A DNA stretch of 32,000 bases, taken from NCBI GenBank assembly GCA_902385765.1, contig CABMGU010000077.1, forward strand, positions 24,921-56,920. The letters are read 5' to 3'. The notes beneath the pieces were generated by a model. That model was not told the origin of the DNA and did no database searches. It saw only the letters and a program-made list of their open reading frames with translations. Origin of the DNA: an uncultured archaeon (GTDB taxonomy: Archaea > Nanobdellota > Nanobdellia > Woesearchaeales > ARS49). Positions 18,961 through 27,032 of the stretch are shown here, piece by piece; position 1 is the stretch's first letter, and every line of letters begins with the position of its first letter. A program made the position numbers and the translations under genes.

Positions 18961-19411
18961 AAGCGAGAAAGTGCAGGAAGCGTTCCTGAATAGTGTGAAG
19001 AAGCTTAGAACTCAGGGTGTCTGCGTTCTTTTGGTTAAGTCTTACTCTGCAATCGCTGGTTTGCTTGCAAAAAATAGCGTAAAGACCTCTAATTTTTTGT
19101 TTATTGACACACTTTCTTCCTCAGAATTGGATAATGTGATTTATGTTCCTCAGGAGGATTTGACTGGTTTGAGCATCTCTATCAGCGCGGCTTTGCAGTC
19201 TTTGCCTGAGAAGGCAGCTCTGGTTTTTGATTCCTTTTCTACCCTGTCAATAAAGCACGATTCAAAAGTCGTGGCTAAATTTGCCCGTTTCTTGTCCCAA
19301 CGCCTGCATTATTGGAAGACAGAAGCGGTCATTATTGTTGCAAAGGAGAGCACTGACCCTGAACTGCTCGCTGTCCTGAAGCAGTCTGTTGACAAGGTCG
19401 AGGAAAAGTAA
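18938..19411 (+). CDS. DUF835-like small cytoplasmic protein, copy 2
   Basis: Collinear with 17724..18182 (MITLIITKSEK versus MIKLIVTKSEK). In the last 21 aa, 19 are identical (ESTDPELLAVLKQSVDKVEEK). It overlaps the upstream TM gene by 23 nt. Confidence 0.6.
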   Translation: MITLIITKSEKVQEAFLNSVKKLRTQGVCVLLVKSYSAIAGLLAKNSVKTSNFLFIDTLSSSELDNVIYVPQEDLTGLSISISAALQSLPEKAALVFDSFSTLSIKHDSKVVAKFARFLSQRLHYWKTEAVIIVAKESTDPELLAVLKQSVDKVEEK

Positions 19412-19439
19412 TTTAAAGGAGTTCTGTTCTCATAGACTT

Positions 19440-20579
19440 ATGCGTTTATTAAAAGAGGCGAATGTTGCTGGAAAAACTGTTCTGATGCGTGTTGATTTTA
19501 ATGTGCCTTTGAAAGACGGTAAAATAAGTGATGACAAGCGCATTCGCGCAGTCCTTCCAACGATTGATTATTTGAGGAAAAAGAAAGCCAGAATTATTCT
19601 TATCTCTCATTTGGGCAGGCCTGACGGTAAGGTTGTTGATGAACTGCGTCTTGCGCCTGTTGCTGACCGTTTATCAAAACTTTTGAAGTATCCTGTTCAT
19701 TATGAGCCTGACTGCATTGGTTCTGATGTTGAGATCTCTGCTCGTGGTCTGCACGAGGGTGATGTTTTATTGTTGGAAAACCTGCGTTTTTATCCTGAAG
19801 AAGAGCAGGATGATGTGGGTTTTGCTCAAAAGCTTGCCGCGCCTGCCGATATCTACGTTAACGACGCTTTTGCTGTCAGTCATCGAGCTCACGCGAGTGT
19901 TCACGCGATTACTAAATTCCTTCCGTCTTATGCCGGTTTCCTGTTGGAAAAGGAAGTCAGGATGTTGTCCAGCCTGTTGAAGTCTCCAAAGCATCCTTTT
20001 CTTGCCATTATGGGTGGTGCAAAGGTAAGCGACAAGATTGGCGTTATCGAGAATTTGCTGAAAAAGGTTGATGCCGTTCTGATTGGCGGTGCTATGATGT
20101 TCACTTTCTATAAGGCGCTGAACTGCGAGGTTGGCAGGTCAAAGTTTGAAGCTGATAAGGTGGACCTTGCCAAATCATTGCTTAAAAAAGGCAAAAAAAG
20201 AATAATCTTGCCGACAGATGTCGTCCTGTCCAACAGGCGTGTTGTTCCTGCTAATAAGATGCCTAAAGCATTTGCTGGTTTTGATATTGGTCCTGAGACT
20301 CAGGCGATTTATTCTGAGATGATTAAGAGTGCCAAGACTGTGTTCTGGAATGGTCCGATGGGTTTGTTTGAGCAGAAGCCGTTTGATAAGGGCACGATTG
20401 CAGTTGCAAAAGCGATGTCCGGGTGCAAAGGTGTTACTGTTGTCGGCGGTGGCGACAGTGTTTCTGCTGTTGAAAAAGCAAAGCTGGAGAAGAAGTTCAG
20501 CCACGTCAGCACTGGTGGCGGTGCCGGTTTGGAATTTCTGGAAGGAAAGGAACTGCCTGGAATTAAAGTGTTAGAATAA
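19440..20579 (+). CDS. pgk: Phosphoglycerate kinase
   Basis: The sequence shows [40 protein letters not shown] and [13 protein letters not shown]. The start is at MRLLKEA; the upstream part of the track ORF is a duplication artefact. Confidence 0.95.
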   Translation: MRLLKEANVAGKTVLMRVDFNVPLKDGKISDDKRIRAVLPTIDYLRKKKARIILISHLGRPDGKVVDELRLAPVADRLSKLLKYPVHYEPDCIGSDVEISARGLHEGDVLLLENLRFYPEEEQDDVGFAQKLAAPADIYVNDAFAVSHRAHASVHAITKFLPSYAGFLLEKEVRMLSSLLKSPKHPFLAIMGGAKVSDKIGVIENLLKKVDAVLIGGAMMFTFYKALNCEVGRSKFEADKVDLAKSLLKKGKKRIILPTDVVLSNRRVVPANKMPKAFAGFDIGPETQAIYSEMIKSAKTVFWNGPMGLFEQKPFDKGTIAVAKAMSGCKGVTVVGGGDSVSAVEKAKLEKKFSHVSTGGGAGLEFLEGKELPGIKVLE

Positions 20580-21741
20580 TTTTGAACTTTTGCAGTTCCT
20601 GTTTAAGCTCTTCTTTTATTTCTATGTCGCTCGGTATTGTCAGTTTTGCTATCGTTTTTTCCAGCTGTTCTATGTCAGTATTTGCTCTCTTTATGTCTTC
20701 TGCATACTGCGTATATTCTTTCATTATTGGTCTTTCTGCTACATCTCCTTGTATGTCTGCCTCTCTTTTCTTGGCTTTCGCGTATCTGTGTATCATTGTG
20801 CTGAGTCTTTCTTTTGTGAGTTGTTTTATTGCGTCAAGTGCTTTTTGCGTTTTTTCTGGCTTAAGCTCCAGTTCTCCGCCTGTTATTGCTTTTGCAAGGT
20901 CGTCTTTGTGTTTGAGTATTGCCAATGAGTAGTCTTTTATCAGTGTTTGAAGCGGGTTTTCGGCGTATTTTGCTATTTTCTCGTTTTTTATCTTGTGGGC
21001 GTATTTTTTTATCGCGTCTGATAGTGCCAGGAATAGTCCTGTTATGTCTTGTTCTGCTTCCTGTCTTTCTTTTGCTGAGGTTATTATGTCCTCTTTTACC
21101 TGCACATACTCCGGTCTCTTGTTGAATTCCTCTTTTTCTTTTTTTAGTGTGTCTCTTTTGTTTATCAGCTGTTGCAGTTGTGTCTGGAATTCTGCCTGCT
21201 GTTTTTCTATTGTTTCTTTTTCGTTTTTGGTGTCGTCTATCTTTTGTATGAGGTTTGTTATTTTCTGCATTTCCTCTTTTTGTGCCTGTATTTTCTTGAT
21301 ATTGACTATTTTTTCCTCAATCGAAGCCATCGCTCCTCTCAGTTCTTTTACTTCATCTCCTATGAATTCTGTGAGGATTGCGGCCGGTCTTGCCACGTTT
21401 TGCGCGTATTGATGGAATAACAAGTCGATTTGGCTGATGTCAGTGCTGTCTTTTGGTATGAAGATGTTTTCAACGAATTTGCTTGTCAGCCTGATGAACT
21501 GTTCCCTGTTGCCCTGCATGAAGTGTTTTGCTCTTTCAGGTATGTTTGGGTTTCTTAGTTCTGCTTTTTCCAGTTTGAAAACTGCTTGTTTTACTCCGAT
21601 TAGAAGTTCTGGCAGTGCTTGTTGTCCTGCTTTTATGGCTTCTTGTTGTTCTTTTTCCAGTTTTTCCTGTTCTTCATTCAGCCAGCCGCGTACTTCTTCC
21701 AGGCTTTTCTTTTTAAAGAACAGTTTTCTGAACCACTCCAT
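20563..21741 (-). CDS. Coiled-coil protein of unknown function, 392 aa
   Basis: Starts at MEWFRKLFFKKK, behind a GAGGA SD. It has long K/E/Q-rich heptad-like stretches. It is convergent with pgk and overlaps it by 17 nt. Confidence 0.65.
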   Translation of the reverse strand: MEWFRKLFFKKKSLEEVRGWLNEEQEKLEKEQQEAIKAGQQALPELLIGVKQAVFKLEKAELRNPNIPERAKHFMQGNREQFIRLTSKFVENIFIPKDSTDISQIDLLFHQYAQNVARPAAILTEFIGDEVKELRGAMASIEEKIVNIKKIQAQKEEMQKITNLIQKIDDTKNEKETIEKQQAEFQTQLQQLINKRDTLKKEKEEFNKRPEYVQVKEDIITSAKERQEAEQDITGLFLALSDAIKKYAHKIKNEKIAKYAENPLQTLIKDYSLAILKHKDDLAKAITGGELELKPEKTQKALDAIKQLTKERLSTMIHRYAKAKKREADIQGDVAERPIMKEYTQYAEDIKRANTDIEQLEKTIAKLTIPSDIEIKEELKQELQKFKIILTL

Positions 21742-21759
21742 TTGATTATTTCCTCGTTT

Positions 21760-21842
21760 CGCCGCGGTCAAAGACTGACTTTCTTTCTCCCCTTGCAAAG
21801 CGCGGGGAGAAGAAAGTCACTTGGGCAAGCCCAAGCGCGGCG
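21760..21842 (+). repeat. Four-way-junction (cloverleaf-like) structured element, copy A
   Basis: Outer stem cgccgcg/cgcggcg. Hairpin 1 is gtc-aaa-gac. The long hairpin is (t)gactttctttctcccc / ggggagaagaaagtc(a), with one bulged T and loop ttgcaaagcgc. Hairpin 3 is cttggg-caag-cccaag. An oligo-T run (21852-21857) follows. Confidence 0.6.
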
Positions 21843-21868
21843 TGATATTTGCTTTTTTCGACCAAATG

Positions 21869-21876
21869 TTTATATA
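21869..21876. promoter_or_regulatory. Candidate palindromic TATA box between the coiled-coil gene and rnp4
   Basis: TTTATATA lies about 45 nt upstream of the rnp4 ATG (21918). In the opposite sense it could start a transcript that includes element A as the 5' leader of the minus-strand gene. Confidence 0.3.
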
Positions 21877-21917
21877 GTTTTATCCTCTACAGTATCGATG
21901 TGAAGCAAAAGGCACCT

Positions 21918-22160
21918 ATGGTTGCTGAATTGTTTGAGCAGGCTGCAATGCATCCTGACCAGGCGAGGAAGCTTATAACCGCTGCAAGGAAGCTTGCTGC
22001 CAAGTCAAGGATGAAAATTCCTTTGGAATGGCGCAGGCGTTTTTGCAAAAAATGTAATTCGATGCTGGTGCCAGGGAAAAACTGCCGTGTTCGCACGAGA
22101 AAAGGCTTGGTCGTTGCGACCTGCCTTGATTGTATGAATATCCGGCGTGTAAAGAGGTGA
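21918..22160 (+). CDS. rnp4: RNase P protein component 4 (Rpp21/Rpr2 family)
   Basis: Zinc-ribbon pattern RRRFCKKCNSMLVPGKNCRVRTRKGLVVATCLDCMNIRR, preceded by a helical N-terminus. An in-frame GTG at 21900 is an alternative start. Confidence 0.85.
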   Translation: MVAELFEQAAMHPDQARKLITAARKLAAKSRMKIPLEWRRRFCKKCNSMLVPGKNCRVRTRKGLVVATCLDCMNIRRVKR

Positions 22161-22164
22161 CTAT

Positions 22165-22506
22165 ATGAAGGAACTGTGGTATTTTGTGTTGATGGTGCTG
22201 ATGCTGGGCGTTTTGGCTTGTTTTACTTCTATGACGCCTACTGGTGCTTTTGTTGCTAACCTGCCCCCAAAATGGGATTATCCTACTGACGAGTTTTCTT
22301 ATGATGAATCCTTCAGTCTTGACTTGAACACTGCTTTTTTCGACCCTGACGGTAATCCTTTGTCGTTCAGTGTCTCGCCGTCTGAAGGCTTTACTGCTGG
22401 CCTGTATGATAACGTCTTGGTGGCTTTGGGCGAGGGTCAGGTGACCATTACGGCAAGCGATGGAAATAGTGTTGTCTCAAAGACGATTAAGGTTCTTAAG
22501 AATTAG
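22165..22506 (+). CDS. Small exported protein with one cadherin-like / Ig-like domain
   Basis: Signal sequence followed by MTPTGAFV. The blocks LDLNTAFFDPDGNPLSFSVSP...VTITASDGNSV resemble He_PIG/cadherin-like domains. Confidence 0.65.
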   Translation: MKELWYFVLMVLMLGVLACFTSMTPTGAFVANLPPKWDYPTDEFSYDESFSLDLNTAFFDPDGNPLSFSVSPSEGFTAGLYDNVLVALGEGQVTITASDGNSVVSKTIKVLKN

Positions 22507-22820
22507 CTTTTTTGTTTTTTCAGGTATTCTTTCTGCAATAACAGCATATAGATGAAAGTGCAGATTATTATTAGCTCGAAGAATCCGTTTATGTGTACTG
22601 GAACGTTTATCACTTCAAGCTGTCTTAGTATCGTTAATCCTTCTTCGATAATGAACACGATTACTGCGAAGAATATGATTTTCCAGGGCATCAGGTAGAC
22701 TCTTTTGTCTCTTATAGGTGTTGTGAACAGTTTAATGAAAAGGAATAGCACGATTATTACAAAACCCAGATTATAGATTGGGGCTACTTGTGATAGGCTT
22801 TCTGCAATCATTCGTGGCAC
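22503..22820 (-). CDS. Small 3-TM membrane protein (paralog of 22808..23113)
   Basis: Three hydrophobic segments. It shares the block DKRVYLMPWKIIFFAVIVFIIEEGLTILRQL with its upstream neighbour. Confidence 0.6.
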   Translation of the reverse strand: MPRMIAESLSQVAPIYNLGFVIIVLFLFIKLFTTPIRDKRVYLMPWKIIFFAVIVFIIEEGLTILRQLEVINVPVHINGFFELIIICTFIYMLLLQKEYLKKQKS

Positions 22821-23113
22821 CCCCTTGTTATGTCTATCTGTCTTATGAGGGCCGCTATGAAGAAGACCAATACAAAGCTTACAAGCACGTGTGTTATCCA
22901 GGGATTGCTGTAGACCCCGAATATTTTCAGTGCGCCTATTATCTCTTCAGCTGCAAATAGGAGCAGCGCAATTAATAACGGCTTCCAGGCAGCAAGGTAT
23001 TTTCTTTGTGAAGCTGCAGTGAACATGCTTAATGCGATAAGTCCGGCTATTATGCTTAAGAAAACCACTGAAAACGTAGTTATTCCATATACCCAGTCGT
23101 ATATTGTAAGCAT
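22808..23113 (-). CDS. Small 3-TM membrane protein (paralog of 22503..22820)
   Basis: QRKYLAAWKPLLIALLLFAAEEIIGALKIF aligns with the neighbour's block. The two genes overlap by 13 nt. Confidence 0.6.
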   Translation of the reverse strand: MLTIYDWVYGITTFSVVFLSIIAGLIALSMFTAASQRKYLAAWKPLLIALLLFAAEEIIGALKIFGVYSNPWITHVLVSFVLVFFIAALIRQIDITRGCHE

Positions 23114-23212
23114 TCTTCACCTCTTTACCGCTTTTGTTGAATTGAGTATATTTAAAGCTTTCGCACTGCCCTATTGCAAAAGTTTTTAAATTATTGGCTT
23201 ATCAAAAATATT

Positions 23213-23791
23213 ATGAATAAGAAGTGGCTCGCTCTTCTGGCTTTGGTGATGACAGTAATTCTCATAGTCTCCACAATCCTTTTCTGGCAGGACAAGAATA
23301 TTGAGTTCATTTATTACAATATTTTGTTTTTCATAATCTTGTCGTTCATCGTTGTTACAAATCGCAGGCTTAATCTTGGCGTTCCTGTTTTACTGGCTCT
23401 TTCAATGCTGATTATTATACATTTGTCAGGAGGTTTAATACCAGTGGATGGCGCCCGATTATATGACGCCTCTTTTGGTCCTTTGCCTTTTGACAAGATT
23501 CATCATTTTGTGCTGGGCTTGGTCTTTGCATTTCTGACTGCAAGCCTGTTTATTGATACTCTGGAATGGAAACTCAGAAAGCCTAAATTGTTTTTCTTCT
23601 TTATCTTACTGGCCGCTCTTGGTTTTGGCTCATTGGTTGAGATTTTTGAGTTTGCCGGCGTTACGTTTTTGCATTCCCCGGGCGTGGGCGATTATTTTAA
23701 CAATGCAACCGACCTTGTTGCTGACCTATTTGGAGCAGCCACAGGCGCAATCATTATGCTGTTGATTAAAAATGGAAAAGATTTACGATAA
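23213..23791 (+). CDS. Polytopic membrane protein, YjdF/DUF2238-like
   Basis: FDKIHHFVLG...SLVEIFEFAGV...GVGDYFNNATDLVADLFGAATGA resembles the YjdF pattern (H....G / E..E / G.qGD.wD.q.Dm....GA). The start was moved from TTG at 23174 to the ATG at MNKKW. Confidence 0.55.
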   Translation: MNKKWLALLALVMTVILIVSTILFWQDKNIEFIYYNILFFIILSFIVVTNRRLNLGVPVLLALSMLIIIHLSGGLIPVDGARLYDASFGPLPFDKIHHFVLGLVFAFLTASLFIDTLEWKLRKPKLFFFFILLAALGFGSLVEIFEFAGVTFLHSPGVGDYFNNATDLVADLFGAATGAIIMLLIKNGKDLR

Positions 23792-24419
23792 GTTTTATTC
23801 CAGGCTTGTTGAATGGGTTGGTCGTAACTCTTACTTTAAAAAGCATGAAAGGTCCGCCATTATTTCTTTCCTGAAGGATATGGGTGCCAAGAAGGTTCTT
23901 GATTTCGGCTGTAATGTCGGCTTTACCAGTTCTGAATTTAAGAAGCATACAAATGCAGATGTTTACGGCACTGACATTAATGATTATGCTTTGGCTCGTG
24001 GCAGGCAAAAGTATCCTGAAGTGAATTTTGTCTCGCTTGATGAGGTAAAGTCAATGAAAAAAGAGTTTGATGTGATTGTTGTCAGTAATGTTCTTGAGCA
24101 CGTGCCTGACTGTCACGAAACGCTTTCTTTCCTGAAGAGTCTTCTTTCGCCGGATGGTAAAATCATCATCTCTGTTCCTCAGGAGAGGATTAAGGGCGAT
24201 TGCAATATTCCCCATATTGTTTTGTGCTCTTTGGAGAATAAGAGATATACAAATCCTCATTTGCGCGTTCTTAAGTGGAAAGCTCTTAATCAGGTTCTGG
24301 AGCAGGAAAGTATTGAAATTGAAAAGCACGCTTATGTGAACATGCTTCCTCCTTTTTTCAGTAAAAAGTATGTTTGGCCGACTGCTATGTCTCTTGTTGC
24401 TGTCTGCAAAAGGGCTTAG
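23772..24419 (+). CDS. Class I SAM-dependent methyltransferase
   Basis: Motif I is VLDFGCNVGFTS. The post-I acidic residue is in YGTDIN, and the motif III/IV region is FDVIVVSNVLEHVPD. Confidence 0.8.
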   Translation: MEKIYDKFYSRLVEWVGRNSYFKKHERSAIISFLKDMGAKKVLDFGCNVGFTSSEFKKHTNADVYGTDINDYALARGRQKYPEVNFVSLDEVKSMKKEFDVIVVSNVLEHVPDCHETLSFLKSLLSPDGKIIISVPQERIKGDCNIPHIVLCSLENKRYTNPHLRVLKWKALNQVLEQESIEIEKHAYVNMLPPFFSKKYVWPTAMSLVAVCKRA

Positions 24420-24904
24420 ATTTTTCTTATTTTGAACGGGCTTGCCATCAGCACCGCGGATGCTAAATACATATACGGCCAAATTGCTTGTGGAAGCAGG
24501 AATACGGTTATTAGAATGATTACCGCGTTCCACGTTATTGGCATTCCCACGTAATAATGTTCCCTGTGGAGTATGTTGTATCTCGCCAGCCTGAATACTC
24601 CTGCGCTTATGTTGATGAAATATGCTGTTATTGCAAATGTTGCAGTGTAGTGCATGAAGCCCAGCATTGCTGGTGCCATTCCAAAGCTTATTATGTCTGT
24701 TAGTGAGTCTATTTCTGTCCCGAATGCTGTTGCCTTGTGTGCTTTTCTCGCCATTCTTCCGTCAAAGAAGTCGCAAATCATTGATACTGCAATTAAGATT
24801 CCTGCAAGCACGAATCTGCCTGTGATGCTTAACAGTATGCTTGCAAATCCGCTTGCGAGTCCAAGCCAGGTGATGAGGTTGCCTAGTTTGAGTTCTTCGC
24901 GCAT
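24416..24904 (-). CDS. pssA: CDP-alcohol phosphatidyltransferase, archaetidylserine (phosphatidylserine) synthase-like
   Basis: DFFDGRMARKAHKATAFGTEIDSLTDIISFG matches the D-x2-DG-x2-AR...G-x3-D-x3-D motif. The start is at MREELKL, 2 nt after the psd stop. Confidence 0.8.
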   Translation of the reverse strand: MREELKLGNLITWLGLASGFASILLSITGRFVLAGILIAVSMICDFFDGRMARKAHKATAFGTEIDSLTDIISFGMAPAMLGFMHYTATFAITAYFINISAGVFRLARYNILHREHYYVGMPITWNAVIILITVFLLPQAIWPYMYLASAVLMASPFKIRKI

Positions 24905-24906
24905 TG

Positions 24907-25461
24907 CTAGGCTATGATGCTCGTCCCTGCTTGTACTCTCTGTCCTCTTTTTGTTTTTGTTTTGCATTTTGGAAGTATTAAGATGACTTGTGAGCCTAAT
25001 AATATTCTTCCTATTCTTTGCCCTTTTTGAAGCTTTTGTCCTTTTTTGGCAAATACCCTGATTCTTCTTGCCAGTATTCCTGCTATCAAAACAACCTTTA
25101 CCAGTCCTATTTCGCTTTTGATTGTTATTTCTGCGTGCTCGTTCTCCCAGGCATTATCAGAAAATGCAAAAAGTTTTCTGCCGGGAAAATATTTGATTTC
25201 TTTCACGATTCCTTCAATCGGCGCTCTTTGTACGTGTACGTCAAACAAACTGAGAAATATTCTTATCATTGTTGCGGGAAGCATTCCTTTTGCGAATCTC
25301 GCGTATCCTTTGCCGGATTTTACTGTTGCAGCTTCCAATACTTTTCCGTCTGCTGGTGAGACTATTCCTGTTTTTGGTATTTCTCTGTCAGGGTCTCTGT
25401 TAAAGTGTATGTAAAACAGAATTAATGCAACAATCACAATTGCAACAATTAAGAGCCACAT
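24907..25461 (-). CDS. psd: Short-type phosphatidylserine (archaetidylserine) decarboxylase proenzyme
   Basis: N-terminal TM helix. The sequence shows FDVHVQRAPIEG, ENEHA, VVLIAGILARRI, and RILLGSQVILILP, which holds the GS self-cleavage site. Confidence 0.8.
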   Translation of the reverse strand: MWLLIVAIVIVALILFYIHFNRDPDREIPKTGIVSPADGKVLEAATVKSGKGYARFAKGMLPATMIRIFLSLFDVHVQRAPIEGIVKEIKYFPGRKLFAFSDNAWENEHAEITIKSEIGLVKVVLIAGILARRIRVFAKKGQKLQKGQRIGRILLGSQVILILPKCKTKTKRGQRVQAGTSIIA

Positions 25462-25546
25462 AATGCTCTTTTAGTTATGTGCATTATTAAAGGTTTACTG
25501 GAGTTATTGAAAACATTTATAAGCGGACAAAAAATGATTTGAAGTC

Positions 25547-26158
25547 ATGCTTGGTAAGTTTTTCAGGAAAATTGAAAATTATGTTGGGAAAAGATATCTT
25601 AGACGCCTGCCTAGACTTGCTCCGAATATTATCTCTTTTGCAACTTTGATTCCGGCAGCAGGTTCAATTTATTTCATCATCAATAAACTCTATCTTCTTT
25701 CCGCGCTCATGATTTCTCTATCTTTGTTACTGGACGTTATAGACGGCTCAATCGCGCGCAATCAGAAAATGATGACCAAGTTCGGTGCTTATTTTGATCC
25801 TATGATGGATAGGTTTGCAGAAGCTTTGATTTATTTTGGTTTGTTTTTAAGTGGTTTCCAATTGGAATCTTTTCTTGCGATTGTAGGAATTTTGCTTATG
25901 GGCACGGCAAAGTCCTGGGCTTTCATGATTATTTCTATTGGCAATTTTGATTGGCCTGCTATTGGTGACAGGTCAGAAAGGTATATGGTTTTGTTGATTG
26001 CGCTTGGAATTGCTCATTTTAAGGCATTCATATTTGAACGTCCCGTGATATCACTCGCATTATGGATCATAATCGTCTTGGTTTATTTTGGCACAATTCA
26101 ACGGATTTTTTTCGCAAAGTCATTGATTGAAAAGTATGGAAAAAGAGGTGCAAAATGA
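25547..26158 (+). CDS. CDP-alcohol phosphatidyltransferase (second head-group transferase, specificity unknown)
   Basis: DVIDGSIARNQKMMTKFGAYFDPMMDRFAE fits the CDP-alcohol transferase motif. The protein is polytopic. Confidence 0.8.
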   Translation: MLGKFFRKIENYVGKRYLRRLPRLAPNIISFATLIPAAGSIYFIINKLYLLSALMISLSLLLDVIDGSIARNQKMMTKFGAYFDPMMDRFAEALIYFGLFLSGFQLESFLAIVGILLMGTAKSWAFMIISIGNFDWPAIGDRSERYMVLLIALGIAHFKAFIFERPVISLALWIIIVLVYFGTIQRIFFAKSLIEKYGKRGAK

Positions 26159-26655
26159 ACATCTTACTATTGTTGTATTTGATGCTTCCTGCCTATCTTG
26201 CCAATATGGCTCCTGCTTTTTTTGGCAAGAGGCTTTCAAAGCGTCCTATGGACTTTGGCATTTCTCTTGGCAAAACCCGTATTTTTGGTGATAATAAGAC
26301 CTGGGCTGGTTTTTTCTCAGGCGTTCTTGTTGCAATTATTATCGGCTTCATCGTATCAAAAATTTATTGGCCTTTTGAGTTTTCTGCAATTTATTGGTCT
26401 GCATTGCTCGGCATCGGCGCGTTAATTGGTGATGCTGTCAAGAGTTTTTTCAAGCGTCGTGCTGGCATCAAGCCAGGGCAGTCCTGGATTCCTTTTGACC
26501 AGATTGATTTCACCATCGGCGCATTGGCTTTTGGCAGTTTTGTCTTTTTCCCTGGCTGGTTGTATGCAGTTCTTGTCGTTATTATCAGTGCTGTCGGTCA
26601 TATCTTAATCAACCATCTTGGCTTTTATCTCGGTGTTCAGAAGAATAAGTGGTAG
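26155..26655 (+). CDS. carS: CDP-archaeol synthase (CarS, DUF46 family)
   Basis: The sequence shows LPAYLANMAPAFF, GDNKTWAGF and GDAVKSFFKRRAGIKPGQSWIPFDQIDF. It has an ATGA overlap with the upstream gene. Confidence 0.85.
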   Translation: MNILLLLYLMLPAYLANMAPAFFGKRLSKRPMDFGISLGKTRIFGDNKTWAGFFSGVLVAIIIGFIVSKIYWPFEFSAIYWSALLGIGALIGDAVKSFFKRRAGIKPGQSWIPFDQIDFTIGALAFGSFVFFPGWLYAVLVVIISAVGHILINHLGFYLGVQKNKW

Positions 26656-27032
26656 CCGAGCACTATTAGGATGTAGACTGCTATTGCTATCGTGTTGTTC
26701 ATTGCTTTGTTTCTTGTTCCTGTCGGTACAAAGTAGAGGAATATCGGTATTTGTGTTGCAGGCACCAATATTGCAGGTACTGCAAGTAGCGTCATTAGTC
26801 CTATCGGGTGCTTGAAGTTTGTTGCATAAAGCAGTACGAATAATATTATGCCTGCGATTACTGCAATCGTCTGGACTTTCCATAGTAATACTGCCAGTAT
26901 GACTCCAAGCAGTGCGTGTTGTAGAAGTAAAAAGTATTTTTGCCCTGATTTTATCTCGCTTTGCGCGAGCCAGCTGACTATTCCGCCGGAGACTAATCCA
27001 AGTACTGGCATTATTGTTACTAGTGTCCCCAT
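26637..27032 (-). CDS. Hypothetical 4-TM membrane protein
   Basis: 131 aa and strongly hydrophobic. It overlaps the dph2 fragment's end by 13 nt and is convergent with carS, overlapping it by 19 nt. Confidence 0.6.
   Translation of the reverse strand: MGTLVTIMPVLGLVSGGIVSWLAQSEIKSGQKYFLLLQHALLGVILAVLLWKVQTIAVIAGIILFVLLYATNFKHPIGLMTLLAVPAILVPATQIPIFLYFVPTGTRNKAMNNTIAIAVYILIVLGYHLFF

Noticed and set aside
20582-21745. Series of plus-strand ORFs (20582..20932, 20590..20928, 20993..21412, 21172..21420, 21437..21745 and others)
   Set aside because: They are antisense frames of the K/E-rich coiled-coil gene, which translate to F/S/L/C-rich nonsense. None has independent support.
21742-21798. 19-codon N-terminal extension of the coiled-coil ORF (track start 21798)
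   Set aside because: The extension runs through structured element A and lacks an SD. The internal ATG at 21741 is preceded by GAGGA and begins a plausible MEWFRK N-terminus.
21760-21842. Interpretation of the cloverleaf elements (A here, B at 30108..30207) as tRNA or intron-containing tRNA genes
   Set aside because: There is no 8/9 spacer, and the D-like arm has a 3-nt loop. The T-like loops are 4 or 7 nt without the TTCRA consensus. The central arm is a perfect 15-16 bp helix with no bulge-helix-bulge motif or 7-nt anticodon loop. No C/D boxes or hammerhead core were seen either.
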